DNA of 54,208 nt, filler included, from Diploschistes diacapsis (taxonomy: Eukaryota), in NCBI GenBank assembly GCA_023645945.1. It is 5 parts of 5 records of this genome, joined end to end, with 100 filler letters (N's around TTAATTAATTAA, not from the genome) between each part and the next. Parts side by side here need not be neighbours in the genome. Positions count along the whole stretch, not along the records: positions 32,599 to 43,355 come from JALAIB010000894.1; positions 43,456 to 54,208 come from JALAIB010000895.1; 3 more parts are not named here. One strand, written 5' to 3'. Under the pieces are notes generated by a model that saw only the letters and a program-made list of their open reading frames with translations, did not search any database and was not told the DNA's origin. Positions 35,632 to 47,277 of this stretch are shown piece after piece. Both the position numbers and the translations under genes were made by a program. Positions within the stretch are counted from its first letter, which is position 1, and every line of letters starts with the position of its first letter.

Positions 35632-36926
35632 ATGTATCTCCGACCTGCTTCTCTTGCCATCTTCCTGCTTGCGCTGGGGTGGTGTCAAGCTAAGCCATTC
35701 CCCCCGAAATATGAATCACGAAGGATCATTCTACAGGCGTCATACGAGTCTGCTCTGGCGAACCATACTGCTGCCTCGAACAGTCGTGTCGAGCAGGCTT
35801 TACCCTGGCCTGCCAAAACCATTGCAGCCCCAGGACATCAAGCGAGTGCTATCCAAAATCTCCGCGGTAATACCTCAGAGTCCATGGCTATGATCACGAG
35901 CCCTGGGATGTTTGCTAGAGCTGTTCTGGAGACCGCTGGTATGCATGTCCCATGAGCAGCCCATCTACAGTCTTATCAGCTTCTGTACTAATCTTTGATT
36001 TAGCTGTTCATCCTCCTTGCCCAAAGACATGGACCTCCTCACCGCCACCAGGTTGCTCGTCAACGCCGTCGACTCCATCTCACACTCTACCTCCGTGCCA
36101 CCCATCTTCTGCGGCTGGTCCTCACTGTTCTGGTACCCTGATCAAAACGGTCCGGGCCACGGCTTCTTCTTCGCAACGACACCACCATTCATCTCATCCC
36201 CACCACTCCTGTCACCCTCACTCCACCTGTCGCCCTCACCCCTCCTGTCACACTCACAATTCTTGTCACCCCAAGACCACAGAGTCCGCCTGTCAGACTC
36301 ATGCCTCTAAGCATACCTCTAAACACCCATGTCCTTCTTCATCACTGCCTCCATGCTCTTCTCCCTCTACGTCACTCCCTCCGTGCCCTTCTCCCTCTAC
36401 GTCACTCCCTCCATGCCCTTGCGGTCTCTCACCCCCTCCATGCCCTCCTTCTACCACGGAGACCCCCAATTCCTCAGCTGAGCCCAAGACAACTCTGGTT
36501 GTTCTGCACAGCACCTCAGACAATACGTCAGAGGCACCAAACACTTGGAAATGGACCATGCCCCCTGCTTCCTCCGCTGAGCCCAACACAACTCTGGTTG
36601 TTCTGCGCAGCACCTCCATAAACACGTCGGAGGCACCCAACACCTGGAGATGGACCATGCCCCATAAGACCGCTCCGGAGACCATGCCGACCCTCGAGCC
36701 TTCTACAAAAATCCACAACCACACCGTCGTGGTAACGATCACGTCGACCCCTGAATCTCCTACTTCTACACGGATCCTCAAAGCTCAGACAACGTGGACG
36801 AGCTTTGTCGCGGTTGGAAACGAGAATCGTGATGCGATCATGGTGCAACATGAGCCGTGTGCACAGGGCGAGGTAGAGGTGGACTTTAACTGTCCGGCTG
36901 GGGTGCACTGTTGCAGGTTTGCCTAG
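35632..36926 (+). CDS. Secreted Ser/Thr/Pro/His/Cys-rich repeat protein (cell-wall or mucin-like)
   Basis: Signal peptide MYLRPASLAIFLLALGWCQA; exons 35632-35938 and 36004-36926 (GTATGC...CTAAT...TAG intron, phase 1); C-terminal CAQGEVEVDFNCPAGVHCCRFA. Confidence 0.75.
36342..36668 (+). repeat. Coding tandem repeats: about 3 x 30 nt (SLPPCPSPST) and 2 x 99 nt (SSAEP.TTLVVL.STS.NTSEAPNTW.WTMP)
   Basis: Near-identical 30-nt units at 36360 and 36390; 99-nt units start at 36471 and 36570. Confidence 0.9.
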
Positions 36927-37178
36927 AGGATTGAAGGCCGGGCGATTTGGGATGCTCTAAGGGGTAAGGGACGTTAGTTTGACCGAAGGCTAGGCGTTTG
37001 GAGATGCTCTAGGGTATGAATGATGTTTAGTTTGTTGGGTAAAAGTTGGGGAGGTCGATGGATATCTAGCCCGGTCGATAAGGTGACTCTGTGCATCGTT
37101 CGTCCTCATTCTACTAGTGTCAAAGCTATTGTTGGGAATTATTGAGGTACAGTAGTATCCTGTATGGGCAAATGAATG

Positions 37179-38230
37179 TCACAGTTTATTTTCCTTTTGC
37201 TCCCTATTTGGTGTAGTACTCTCCGTTACATCATTCTTCTCAATCTCAATAGCCTCTCTTGTCATTTCGTCCCCCTGCCGCCTCTCAAACTTTAATCTGC
37301 CTCTGTCCCATAAGCGCTTAAGCATGGATTCTTCGCCGATCTCGTGGTTGATTTCAAATTCCGGATCTTCGTTATAAGCTACTCGCGCCGAGTCAATGAG
37401 GATCCTAGCGGTCAAGCCCCAAACTTTATAGCTATACTCTTCGATGCTACTCTCATGGCTAGGGGCATAGCTCATTTCTTGGTTCTTACCCTTGGCAGTA
37501 TTAACATTAAATTTAGGGATAAAGAAGTTATGCATGCGCCATTCGACACCGTTCCAATTATTCCACTGGCCACGATACTTGATCGGAGATTCAGCTTGCG
37601 TATGCTCCACAAGCGACGAGAGAAAGCGGTGAAAAGGGCAAGAGAAGACAGCGGCTACCTCAGTCGGGTTGAGGTTGGGGATAAGAGACTCGCCGGTCAC
37701 TCCGTTGCTAGTAGTCTCGAGTCTTTCGTCATCAGAGGACGACGGCGAAGATGGTGTAAAAGAAGGGCCTTTGCTGCGTGTAGGCCCGTCTGTATGCAGA
37801 AAGGCTACACATGGCCGCACTCCCAACTCTGTAATTGCGAGATGCGAGGGGAGCTCGCAGAGATGCTCAACCCTGAACGGTGCCGGCAGATGATCAGCCG
37901 GTAGCCCAATCTCCTCAAATGTCTCTCGGCGCGCCGTCTCGAAGGGAGTCTCTGTCAAGGTATCTGCCTTGCCGCCCGGAAGCGAGACCTGACCTGCGTA
38001 GGACGGCATGTTGCTCGCACGCAGCGTGAGCAAAACGCGCAGGTTTCCATGGCGATCGGCAAAGAGAAGCAGCAGTACCGCGGCCCTCCGCGAGAGGGGC
38101 AGGGAGGAGTAGATGCTGGGCGGACATCTGTATGCGCGGAGGCGAGCTATGGCGGCCTGAACTGCTTAGATTAGCTGAAAATCATGCACTTTTGGCGGCT
38201 TACGGCCGATGCTTGCGTGAGAGGAGCCAT
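37179..38230 (-). CDS. PCD1: Nudix CoA diphosphatase (NUDT7/Pcd1 family)
   Basis: Exons 38230-38204 and 38156-37179; RRAAVLLLLFAD, LLTLRASNMPSYAGQVSLPGGK (CoA-Nudix motif), Nudix box ETARRETFEEIGL, NPTEVAAVF, VWGLTARIL. Confidence 0.92.
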
Positions 38231-38624
38231 GACGGTCCTGAAGACCTCCTTGATCGGCTATTCCCCGAGGGAGAAAGCATGAGCAGACAGATTCATACTG
38301 AGTGAAGTCAAAGTCTACAATAAATGTGTAGAGCCAGATGACGTGGTTGGGGGGAACGTAGGCTTGGACCCTCGCTACTGAGCCAGAAATGATGGCTTGC
38401 GGAATTCGTTCGGACTTTAGATTTCCTGCTCTGCGAAACTTTCCGAAAGCGTTCCTGACGACCCGTTACATTTGTAAGAGCAGCCACGAGTCTTTCTTTC
38501 TTCTTCTGTAGAGATGGTTTCTTGACTAACCCTAATACATATCCTGCAGAACCTTCTTACGTTCCTTAATCAAGCTGTTTCTCTGGCAAAAAAGCCCTTG
38601 AACAGCCCCCTTGCTGCCTCAACT

Positions 38625-40361
38625 ATGAGCGGCGCCGCTTTGAGGTTTGCGCAAAGAAGCGCGGCTCGTGATTCTCTCTCACTCTATGGTACGTAGCTAC
38701 CCCAGATTGCGTCTATTCCTTGCTGATGCCCTCAAGGTCCCGCTTTCATTTCTAGAACTACAGCTTCTGCCTACATTCGCCGCTCGACATTGAACCCCCT
38801 ATTAACTCTCACTCCTATCGCAATCCTACTTCACCGGCACGCATATTCGACTGAGACCTCGACGTCGCCTTCTGGCGGATCATCATACCCTCCCCCTGGG
38901 TTCAATGCCGAACAAGCAAAGAAACCCTTACCGCAAGAGACGGGCAAGGAGCCAGCACATTTAGAAAAGGAATCAGAGGCCATTTCAAATGCCATCAACC
39001 AAATTCAAGATGAGATAGGTACTACACAGCCTACAGGCGAGGCGAAGACCACAGCGACAGCCGATATGAGCGTTGCCGAGCTGGCTGCCAACAAAGCTGC
39101 TGCTGCCACCAACAAGTTAGATGAGGCAAAAGTGGCCAAAGCTGAGAAGGAGCAGAAGAAACTTACACTTTGGCAAAAGGTCAAAAAAGAGGCCCGTCAT
39201 TACTGGGATGGCACAAAATTGTTGGCCACAGAGGTCAGGATTAGCAGCAAGCTCGCTTTGAAGATGGCTGCAGGCTACGAACTGACACGGAGAGAGAACC
39301 GGCAGCTGCAGCGGACAGTGCAAGACCTTGGTCGGCTAGTGCCATTCTCTGTTTTTCTTATTGTACCGTTTGCCGAGTTGCTGCTACCGGTGGCGCTCAG
39401 ATTGTTCCCTAATCTCTTGCCGAGCACCTACGAGGGTCAAAAGTCCAAAGACACTAAAGCCTCGAGCCTGCGAGCGACAAGGAAAGAAGTCAGCAACTTT
39501 TTGCGAAACACCCTTAAGGAGAGCGGCCTTCCCGTGAGCGCTGTAAATGCTCGGCGAGAGGAGTTCACGGAATTCTTCCGTAAAGTGCGAGCAACTGGCG
39601 AATCACCTACCCAAGACGATGTGATCAGGGTTTGCAAGATATTTAAAGACGACCTGACACTCGACAACCTTTCAAGGCCCCAGCTCGTAGGCATGTGCCG
39701 GTATATGAATCTCAATACCTTTGGAACTGACATGATGCTTCGATATCAAATCCGACACCGCATGCGTCAAATCAAGAGAGACGATCGGGCTATCTCCTAC
39801 GAAGGTGTTGAAAGTCTTTCTGTGCCCGAACTACAGATGGCTTGCGCATCGCGAGGTTTAAGAACACACGGGATGAGCCCGGCGCGGTTACGGGAAGACC
39901 TCCAGACTTGGCTGGATCTTCGGCTCAAGTATGGCGTTCCGTCGACTCTACTTGTCATGAGTAACGCTTTCATGTACGGCCAAGGCAAGGATTCGGAGAT
40001 GAGCTCGCAGATAGACGCTTTGCAGGCTGTCTTGTCGTCGATTCCGGAAGAGTTGTTCCATGAGATCGAGCTTGAGGTTCACAACGCAGAAGGCGCTGCG
40101 ACCAACAAGCAAAGGTTGGAAGTTCTGAAAGAGCAAGAGGAGCTTATTGAGGAGGAGAACGAGCAGAACGAGGGCAACGAGTCGAGTCAGCCCTCTCCCA
40201 AGGATGACAAGAATATCGATGAGAAGGAGGAGAGAAAAGCCGATGCCAAGACCGAGGGGCAAGACCGGGCACAGCTGAACGAGGCTCGTGAGGCGGAGAG
40301 AGATGCCGTGAAGGAAGAGCAAACGAGTGAGGCTGGCCAGGAGAAGAAGGCTAAGGCTTGA
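38625..40361 (+). CDS. MDM38: Mitochondrial LETM1-domain protein
   Basis: Exons 38625-38688 and 38737-40361; HYWDGTKLL, LTRRENRQLQRTVQDLGRLVPFSVFLIVPFAELLLP, LPSTYE, FKDDLTLDNLSRPQL; divergent from PCD1. Confidence 0.95.
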
Positions 40362-41114
40362 GCAATCGGCATCTCTCGGTTATTGATGGATCATTCAGGA
40401 GTTTTTCATCCACTCAAATCCATAGAAAGGGCAGGCAGGTTGGGTACAGCAGTATCAGGTTATGTAGAATCATGAGATTTGTTTTTCTTCTACTGCTCAA
40501 CTTGGCTAGAGATGCACAAAGCAAGGTAAACAAATCACATGATATCGTCGCCCTCCCGCGCATGCCTATACGTCGCAAAACGCCCAAGGCCTTCTCGACT
40601 GAGACTTGTTGGAAATAGAGTCCAAGAGCGGGCGGGCACTGCCGGGCACCGTAATAACCCCCCCGCAAAGTACGCCATCTCTGACGCCAGGAACTATCAA
40701 TAGATACACGTACAGAGAGAGAGTCGCTAATAGACGATGGGACCTCGTCAAGGTGCCGCGGCTTTTGCAGGGGTCCAGATATCATCTTGTGCAGTGGGAG
40801 AAGTGCGATAGCTGTAGACTAGCCTCGTCCGCCTTCTGTCTCATCCTGCACTTTATATCGGCCCACTTCATAGGCCAGACTGAGTGCCATCTTACACACC
40901 GAATCGTTTATCGGGCCACGAAAACAAGATCATAAGCGATTGGCGGCCTTGCAGTGGGCAGCGGCGAGCTGAATATGAAACTTCGGCGGCTTGGATCACT
41001 TGCCGTGCCTCTGCTACGAAGCTGATCACTAGCTGACCTCCACACCTAGTCTACTGCTTCACTGCTTCTGTTTAACTGAGCGTATCCATATCGATAGATC
41101 TATGTTGGTTCACA

Positions 41115-43355
41115 ATGGTCGCAGATAACGTCTATGAGCTGTGTCTTCCGGTCCTCGGAGACCACGGCCTTGAAGAGGAGGACAAAGCCGACAAGTTAGA
41201 GGAGTTGCTGGCAAAGCAGACCTCCTTGGCTGGTCGCACGCTACAAGATACGGTGCTGGAAATCCTCTGGCGCTATAGAGATACCACAAACCCGACGGCA
41301 TCGCCTCGATCCCGCCACATCGTCGCCAGGAGGGGTTCCCCTGCGCCATGGCAGATCCCACGAGCTCACACTCCCATAACCTCCCCTTCTCTTACCGGCG
41401 CAAGTCCGGCATCTTCGCATGGATTCGGTGTCGTCCCTTCGGCTTTCGCCAGAGCCAAGTCTTCTACGGCATCTCCCTTCACGTCACCCAGACCCTCGCC
41501 TCGTCTTGCATTCGCTAGTCCCATACCGCATAGCCCGAGCCTCAACTCTTACGAATTCAGCGTACCCCCAGGAACTTATCCCGACTATGGAGACCTTGGA
41601 AGCGACAACGTAGATTGGCTCGTGGGTGATGGTCCCTCGAGCAGGCCCACCTCGTCCGGTGCAGGTAGTGCGTTCGATAGTGGCCTTAATGGTGCTGCCG
41701 CACCATGGATCCAGCCACAGCAGAACGAGATGTCGCCCTATGATATGCTGCGATCGATACTAGGTGAGTCGAAGACGGACGTGGAAATCGAAACTGCGCT
41801 CGAGGCCAATGCATATGATTTGAGTGCCACGCTAGCTTCCTTTACAGGAGGTCAAGATGTATATCCCTCCGAGTGCACCACAAGCGCAAGCGACGAACAA
41901 GTTCTCATCGGAAAGTCAATGCAGCAGGTTCAGCCCGTGCATTTGGCTCAGTCGCCGACCAAGAGTCCCGTTATCTGCAAGTACTGGCTTGCGACAGGTA
42001 GTTGTCTCAGGGCGGATTGCAGATTCAGCCATGAATGTGGTAACACCATTTGCAGGTACGTCCAACCATTTCCGGGCTTCTGAGGTGCGATCATTCTCTA
42101 TTATGGTCTCTCTATTGTCGTTACATGCAACGTTTGATCTTGGGTACTGACTTCTACAGATATTGGCTGATGGGCAATTGCCTTGTGGGTGATACTTGCG
42201 TATTCTCCCACGATCCTGCAAACCTCATTGCGAACCTAAATGTTGGGAGCTCGAACGCAACTGCGGATGGTAAAGTCGCTCAGCCAAGTTTTCAGGTGCA
42301 GGACTATGATGCATTTCCTGCTCTTCAAGCAGCTAGCATGAACCAATGGGCTCTGGCTCAGTTACAAGGCGCTCTCTCGGACTCTAGAATCACCCGAACC
42401 TTTTCCAACACTTCTTTCACCAGCGGCCAGTCGAACTTGATGAATGCTTCTTCCCCAAGATCCTTCGGCTCGCGGCCCACGAGTCGGCACTCCTCGCGCG
42501 CACCGACCCCGTCGATACCGGCCGTTGATGATACGGATGTTTTTCCCACCCTCGGCTCCACGGGCGTCAAGGGCGCCAAGAAGCACCACGGCAAGAGGGG
42601 TGGCCACGGTCACGGCAACACTCCGAAAGAGAACGTCCCGAGCTCACTTGCCGATGTTGTGCGGATGTCGCCGTCGCCAGCCCCAGCTACGTTGAGGAAA
42701 GGTTTGATGAAATCACGGAGCTACGCCGGGAGTCGCGAGAACAACGCAGCGGCCAATGCCATTGCAGCACCGGAGCACATTCCTTGGCTCGTGACGGGCG
42801 ACAGGGTCAACCAAGCATACCTTAAGGCCCGACAGGACGCGTTCAAGCACGGCGGGTTGCGGAACAAGTTCCTTCAAAGGTAAGCTGAAAGTCCCAACCG
42901 CTGCAGCCCCCGACTCAATTCATGGCTGACTTCGTCCGCTCGATCATGCAGCGCCGCCCAGGCCTGGAACCGCAATGATGCTCGCGCCGCCAAAGCCCTG
43001 TCCCTCCGCGGCCAGTCCGAGAACGACCTGATGCGCAAAGCCCACCGCGAGGCCGCGCGCATCCTCTACGAAGAACGCAACAGGGACTCCGCCAGCAGCA
43101 ACGCCAGCACCAAGGAGCTCTACGTCGACCTCCACGGCCTGCACCCGGAGGAGGCGGTCGAGTACCTCGAGCGTGTCCTCCTCGAGCAGCAATCCTCCGC
43201 CAGACCAGTGTACGCCATTACGGGGACGGGCCACCACAGCAAGAACGGCAAGGACAAGGTGGGGAAAGCAGTCCGGCAGTGGCTGGTGGAGTGGAAGTAT
43301 GCGTTTCGCGAGTTCTCCGTGCCTGGGGACAGGGGAAACGTGGGGGGCATCCTGG
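41115..43355 (+). CDS. CCCH zinc finger + DUF1771/Smr domain protein (Cue2/N4BP2-like), 3' end cut by the contig end
   Basis: Exons 41115-42055, 42160-42879, 42952->43355; two CCCH fingers (CKYWLATGSCLRADCRFSH; CRYWLMGNCLVGDTCVFSH), AKALSLRGQSEN, Smr VDLHGLHPEEA...ITGTGHHS. Confidence 0.92.
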
Positions 43356-43455
43356 NNNNNNNNNNNNNNNNNNNNNNNNNNNNNNNNNNNNNNNNNNNNT
43401 TAATTAATTAANNNNNNNNNNNNNNNNNNNNNNNNNNNNNNNNNNNNNNNNNNNN
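43356..43455. other. Artificial contig linker
   Basis: 44N-TTAATTAATTAA-44N. Confidence 0.98.
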
Positions 43456-43589
43456 GGAAGGGAGGAAGGCTACTGGCCTGTAGAACATCGAGCGAGGGAG
43501 GCAAAAAGATAGATAGCAGCACGACTGCAATATTTACTTGGTGCCCATGCTCAGTGCCGGTAGCGGGCTGGGGGTATTTATCGAAGTAC

Positions 43590-44200
43590 TACTTAATAAT
43601 CCCAATAATACTACTACTACTACTACTACTCCTACTACTACTGCTTGAACTTGCACTTGAACTTCTATCTGTATTTTGGCACCGGCACCGGCACCGGCAC
43701 TAGCACTGACACCGTTGAGTCGAGGCACAACACACCAGACCAGACTTTACTTACGCAGCAGCAGCAGCGAACAGGTAGCTAGCTCCCCCATCGAGGCCGG
43801 GAGCTTTCAAGCTAAGCCAGCCGGGTTACCGGCACGTGCTTGTATCAAGGCAAGTATAGATACGTAAAAAACGACTTGGACGGTTGGATGGTGGAGTGTG
43901 GGTAATAAATAAATAAATAGATGGATAAATAGATAGATAAATAGTTGACGGTAATAAAAATGATAGTGGATAACGATAGGGTGAGGGTTAGGCAGGCTTT
44001 ATAGATGGATGGATGGATTTATTGATTGATTGATTGACGGATCGATTGATTTGATAGAGAGATAGATAGATTGTGGATGTATGTACAAAGGACTCGATAA
44101 TACACAGCAGACGGCGGTGCTGTCTCTCGTACTTGTCTTTATCTGGGATACGGGGTGGTATAATGTCATGGTATAATGTCATGTTGTGGTTGTGGTTGTA
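43590..44200. repeat. Mosaic of short microsatellites: (TAC)n, (GGCACC)n, (GCA)n, (AAAT)n, (GATA)n, (GGAT)n, (GATT)n, (TGGTATAATGTCA)x2
   Basis: Directly visible. Confidence 0.85.
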
Positions 44201-44702
44201 GTCATGTATGAATGATGCCTATGCACCAAAATGTCCTCGTGTTATGCATGCAACACGCGTTCTCGTCCTGAGTGACTGTGCGAACTAATGCTGTCTTCTC
44301 TTCTCTTCCTCTCCTGCAACTGGATCTCGGCTCTGCTATTGCCCAGCACAGCGCAGCACCCATCATGAGGGCTTTGAGGAAGGCCCGGTGCATCGGAATA
44401 CTGGAGGACAGAGCCTAGGTGCCTTGTTGATGATTCAGAATGGAGATGTCAATAACTTCCTTCCATTTAAGCTGAACATCCTATGCGATATGGGATGGTG
44501 AGGAAAGAGATTCCATGTAAGCGTGAAGAGGAGAAGGAAAGATTCCATGCAGACTATGAGAATGGTGCATAGAGAGATGCTTAAGCGCTGTACCTGCCTT
44601 GACTTAATCGATACGTGCCCTGTACAAAGCTGGAGGACTGTGTGCTCGGATTACCATGAGATCACAGTGTGTGCAGAACTGAAAACCGGGAGAGACGACG
44701 CG

Positions 44703-46501
44703 CTAGTCCACATCAGCGTAGAGGTCCACGACGATGTTGACGGCCGCAACAAGGATCTCTGCTGCTATGAGGATGATGACTGTGATTTCGGGAATTAGTA
44801 CAATGCTTATCCGTATTCCATCTAGAAGGTGGAAAAAGCCGAACTCACCGATCCACTCCAGCGCCTCCCCATGCGACGTCCTAACCTGGTCCTTCAGCAC
44901 CGCTAGCAGATCCCCCAGCACATCCAGCCTTTCCATCAACAACCCGACTCTCTGGTCCATCTCCAGATAGCTCCGCATCGCGCCGTACACGGGCTCTAAC
45001 TGTGGTTCCGCCCACATCAGTTCCGGGGAATCCAATACCGAGCCTTGGAGGTGGATGTTGATGCGCAGGATGAAGAGCTCGCCGATTTTCTGGTTGATGG
45101 CTTTGCGCGAGAGGGAGATGCTGCCTGTTGTGGCCAGGAGAGCGGGGAGGGGGGTGGTCAGGGCGATTGTGGTGGAGAGGAGGTCTTCGAAGAGGGAAGT
45201 CTGTAGCACACATGTCGGTAATGGGATAACTTTTTACAAGCTGGGAAGGGATATGCGAGATTCCATGGTCGCGCATCCAAAAGCAAAGGAATAAAACATA
45301 CCTTGACGCTCTGCGCCAGCGCATGGCTAATGGCCAACTTGGTCATGTAATTCCGCTTCTCCCTTAGCGAGATGAAATCGTTGTATATTCGCGCTTGGTA
45401 TTCCCGTGTATAGTAAAAGTTAAAGTCCTCCGTCTGCACGTCGTCCTCGCTCAATTTCTCCGTCTCGAATTTTGCAATATCCTTCAGAAACCGATGCTCG
45501 TGCGCGAGCGTCATGCCCCAGATCACCACGGTGCCGTACTCGAAGAGAAAGACCTCGGGCGTGTGCACGTGTATATCGAGGTCCGGGTCGTCGGTAGGGA
45601 TAAGGCTCTCCGGATTCGACCGCTCCATCCTCTCAGCCATACTGGGGGTCGGGAGGATCGAAGACTCGCCCGTGTCGATGGAAGTGTCTCCCGCGGCAGT
45701 GGTCATGTCTATCAACTCCTCCCGCCGCGCCTGCGTGAGCTCATCCACCTCGATCGCCGAATCTGACTTTCTTCTATCCCTGGAAGCAGTCGCGCTCGGA
45801 TTACCATTCAGCGTCTCCTCGCCTCCTATGCTGGAGACTGAGCTACCGCTGGACCTTCGACGAGCCTTGGACTTGCTACTATATTTGAAGGGAGAATATA
45901 TGCACTCATCAAACTGCTTTGGGTTGGCTCCCCGCGCCTTTTGTCTACTCTTTAGATATTTCATCAACCCGTCTAGCCGGTAGGAATTGGCGGTGCAGTA
46001 CGCCGTTACCCGTGGTAATCGCTCTCGGTCTGCTTTGCCCAGCCGAGCAGCATCTCGCCGCGCTGTGGGATCTTTTATACGTGTGAACTGCGAGTAGACA
46101 TCTCTTCCGCTCTCTTGGTCCAGCTCTTCTTCATCTCCGGGGTCCGGATTCGGCAAAAGCTTCAGTTTCTGTGCGTTCTTTGTCGTCCGCTGGGGCCCGA
46201 TCTTCGAAGCCGTAGTGGGCGTTATGGGAATGTTGGAGAGGGGCGAGCCATGACTGTTTCTTCTCCGTAGCTTGCTATTGAGAGCAGATAGCATCGGCTG
46301 TCCTTGGCCTCCTTGCTGGGGAAAGCTGGAATGCGGCATTGATGCGGACTGTAGCTGTGGTGACCTGGGCGAAGCAGACTGCGCTACTGCACGTGTGGGA
46401 TCCGAGTTAAAGGTAACATTCTTGGGAGTTCGAGCTCGAGGTGCTGCGGAAGGAAGTGCTGATTGAACTAAAGGCGTGGACTCGGTTGCTGGAGAAGCCA
46501 T
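44703..46501 (-). CDS. RMD1: Rmd1/Sif2 family (DUF155) protein
   Basis: Exons 46501-45302, 45200-44849, 44779-44703; LPRVTAYCTANSY, FLFEYGTVVIWG, RIYNDFI, KLAISHALAQSVK, VLDSPELMW, LEWIVIILIAAEI. Confidence 0.93.
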
Positions 46502-47277
46502 CGCGCTGAAAGAGAAAGAACCGAGAAGTACTCCGCAATGGCTAAACCGAGGCCAGTCAAGAGGCGTGGTAGAGTTATTGCTGATGCTTAAAGTGTAGTT
46601 GCAGGTTTTGGAGCTTGGAGATCTTTGGGTCGCTAAGTGCACGGCAAGTGGCTTCAACCACGTGCCAGTTCAACGGTCTCAACAACTAACTGCCTTTAAG
46701 AATAATAATTATAATTGAGTCTACCGTCTTCAGACCATCGGCCAATCGCGCTAGATATAAAATCTAATCACAACCTTTTTTCGGCAGAAACCCTTTGGTC
46801 CCTAAAAACCGATAATTGGTCCAATCCTTTTGTCTGCCAGTCACCGGCTATTTATGTATGATGTATATTGTGTTTTCAGATATCGTGTTCTGCTGCAGTA
46901 CTTAACTTGATAGCGGCGGCAGCGGCTATATGAAGCTTGCAGAGGAGTAAGTGAAGGACTTCTTAGGGATAGGTATAGGCGGTAGAGGAAGGCGTCGGTA
47001 GGTTGGGGGAGCGGTGGAGGACTTTTTAGGTGAGTTGGTAGGTGGCACACGTAGTCTTTAAGGTTTGAGACAAGAAATATAAGGTTCGAAACTGCTAAGA
47101 AGAACTGTGTATAATTGGATGGTACGGAATCCTCTTGCGTAACGGCCGGTCTGTTACTTGCATAATTTCTTCGCTATGATTCAACATGAAGCGAGGAAAT
47201 AAATACCTTCTCATGCATACACCAGACCAACTACGCCCTGAAGACCACCAGGTCATGCAAGCAGCTCCAAAAGCTCT

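Noticed and set aside
38526..38535. CTAACCCTAA as a telomerase RNA template or telomeric seed
   Set aside because: It sits where the branch site of a probable 5' UTR intron of MDM38 would be (GACTAAC...CTGCAG), in a 400-bp divergent intergenic region too short for a filamentous-fungal telomerase RNA.
45158..46657. Upstream-extended start of RMD1 at 46657 given by the ORF track
   Set aside because: Non-ATG start; the first in-frame ATG is at 46501.
47060..47100. GGTTCGAAAC as a tRNA T-loop
   Set aside because: No T-stem, acceptor stem or cloverleaf around it.
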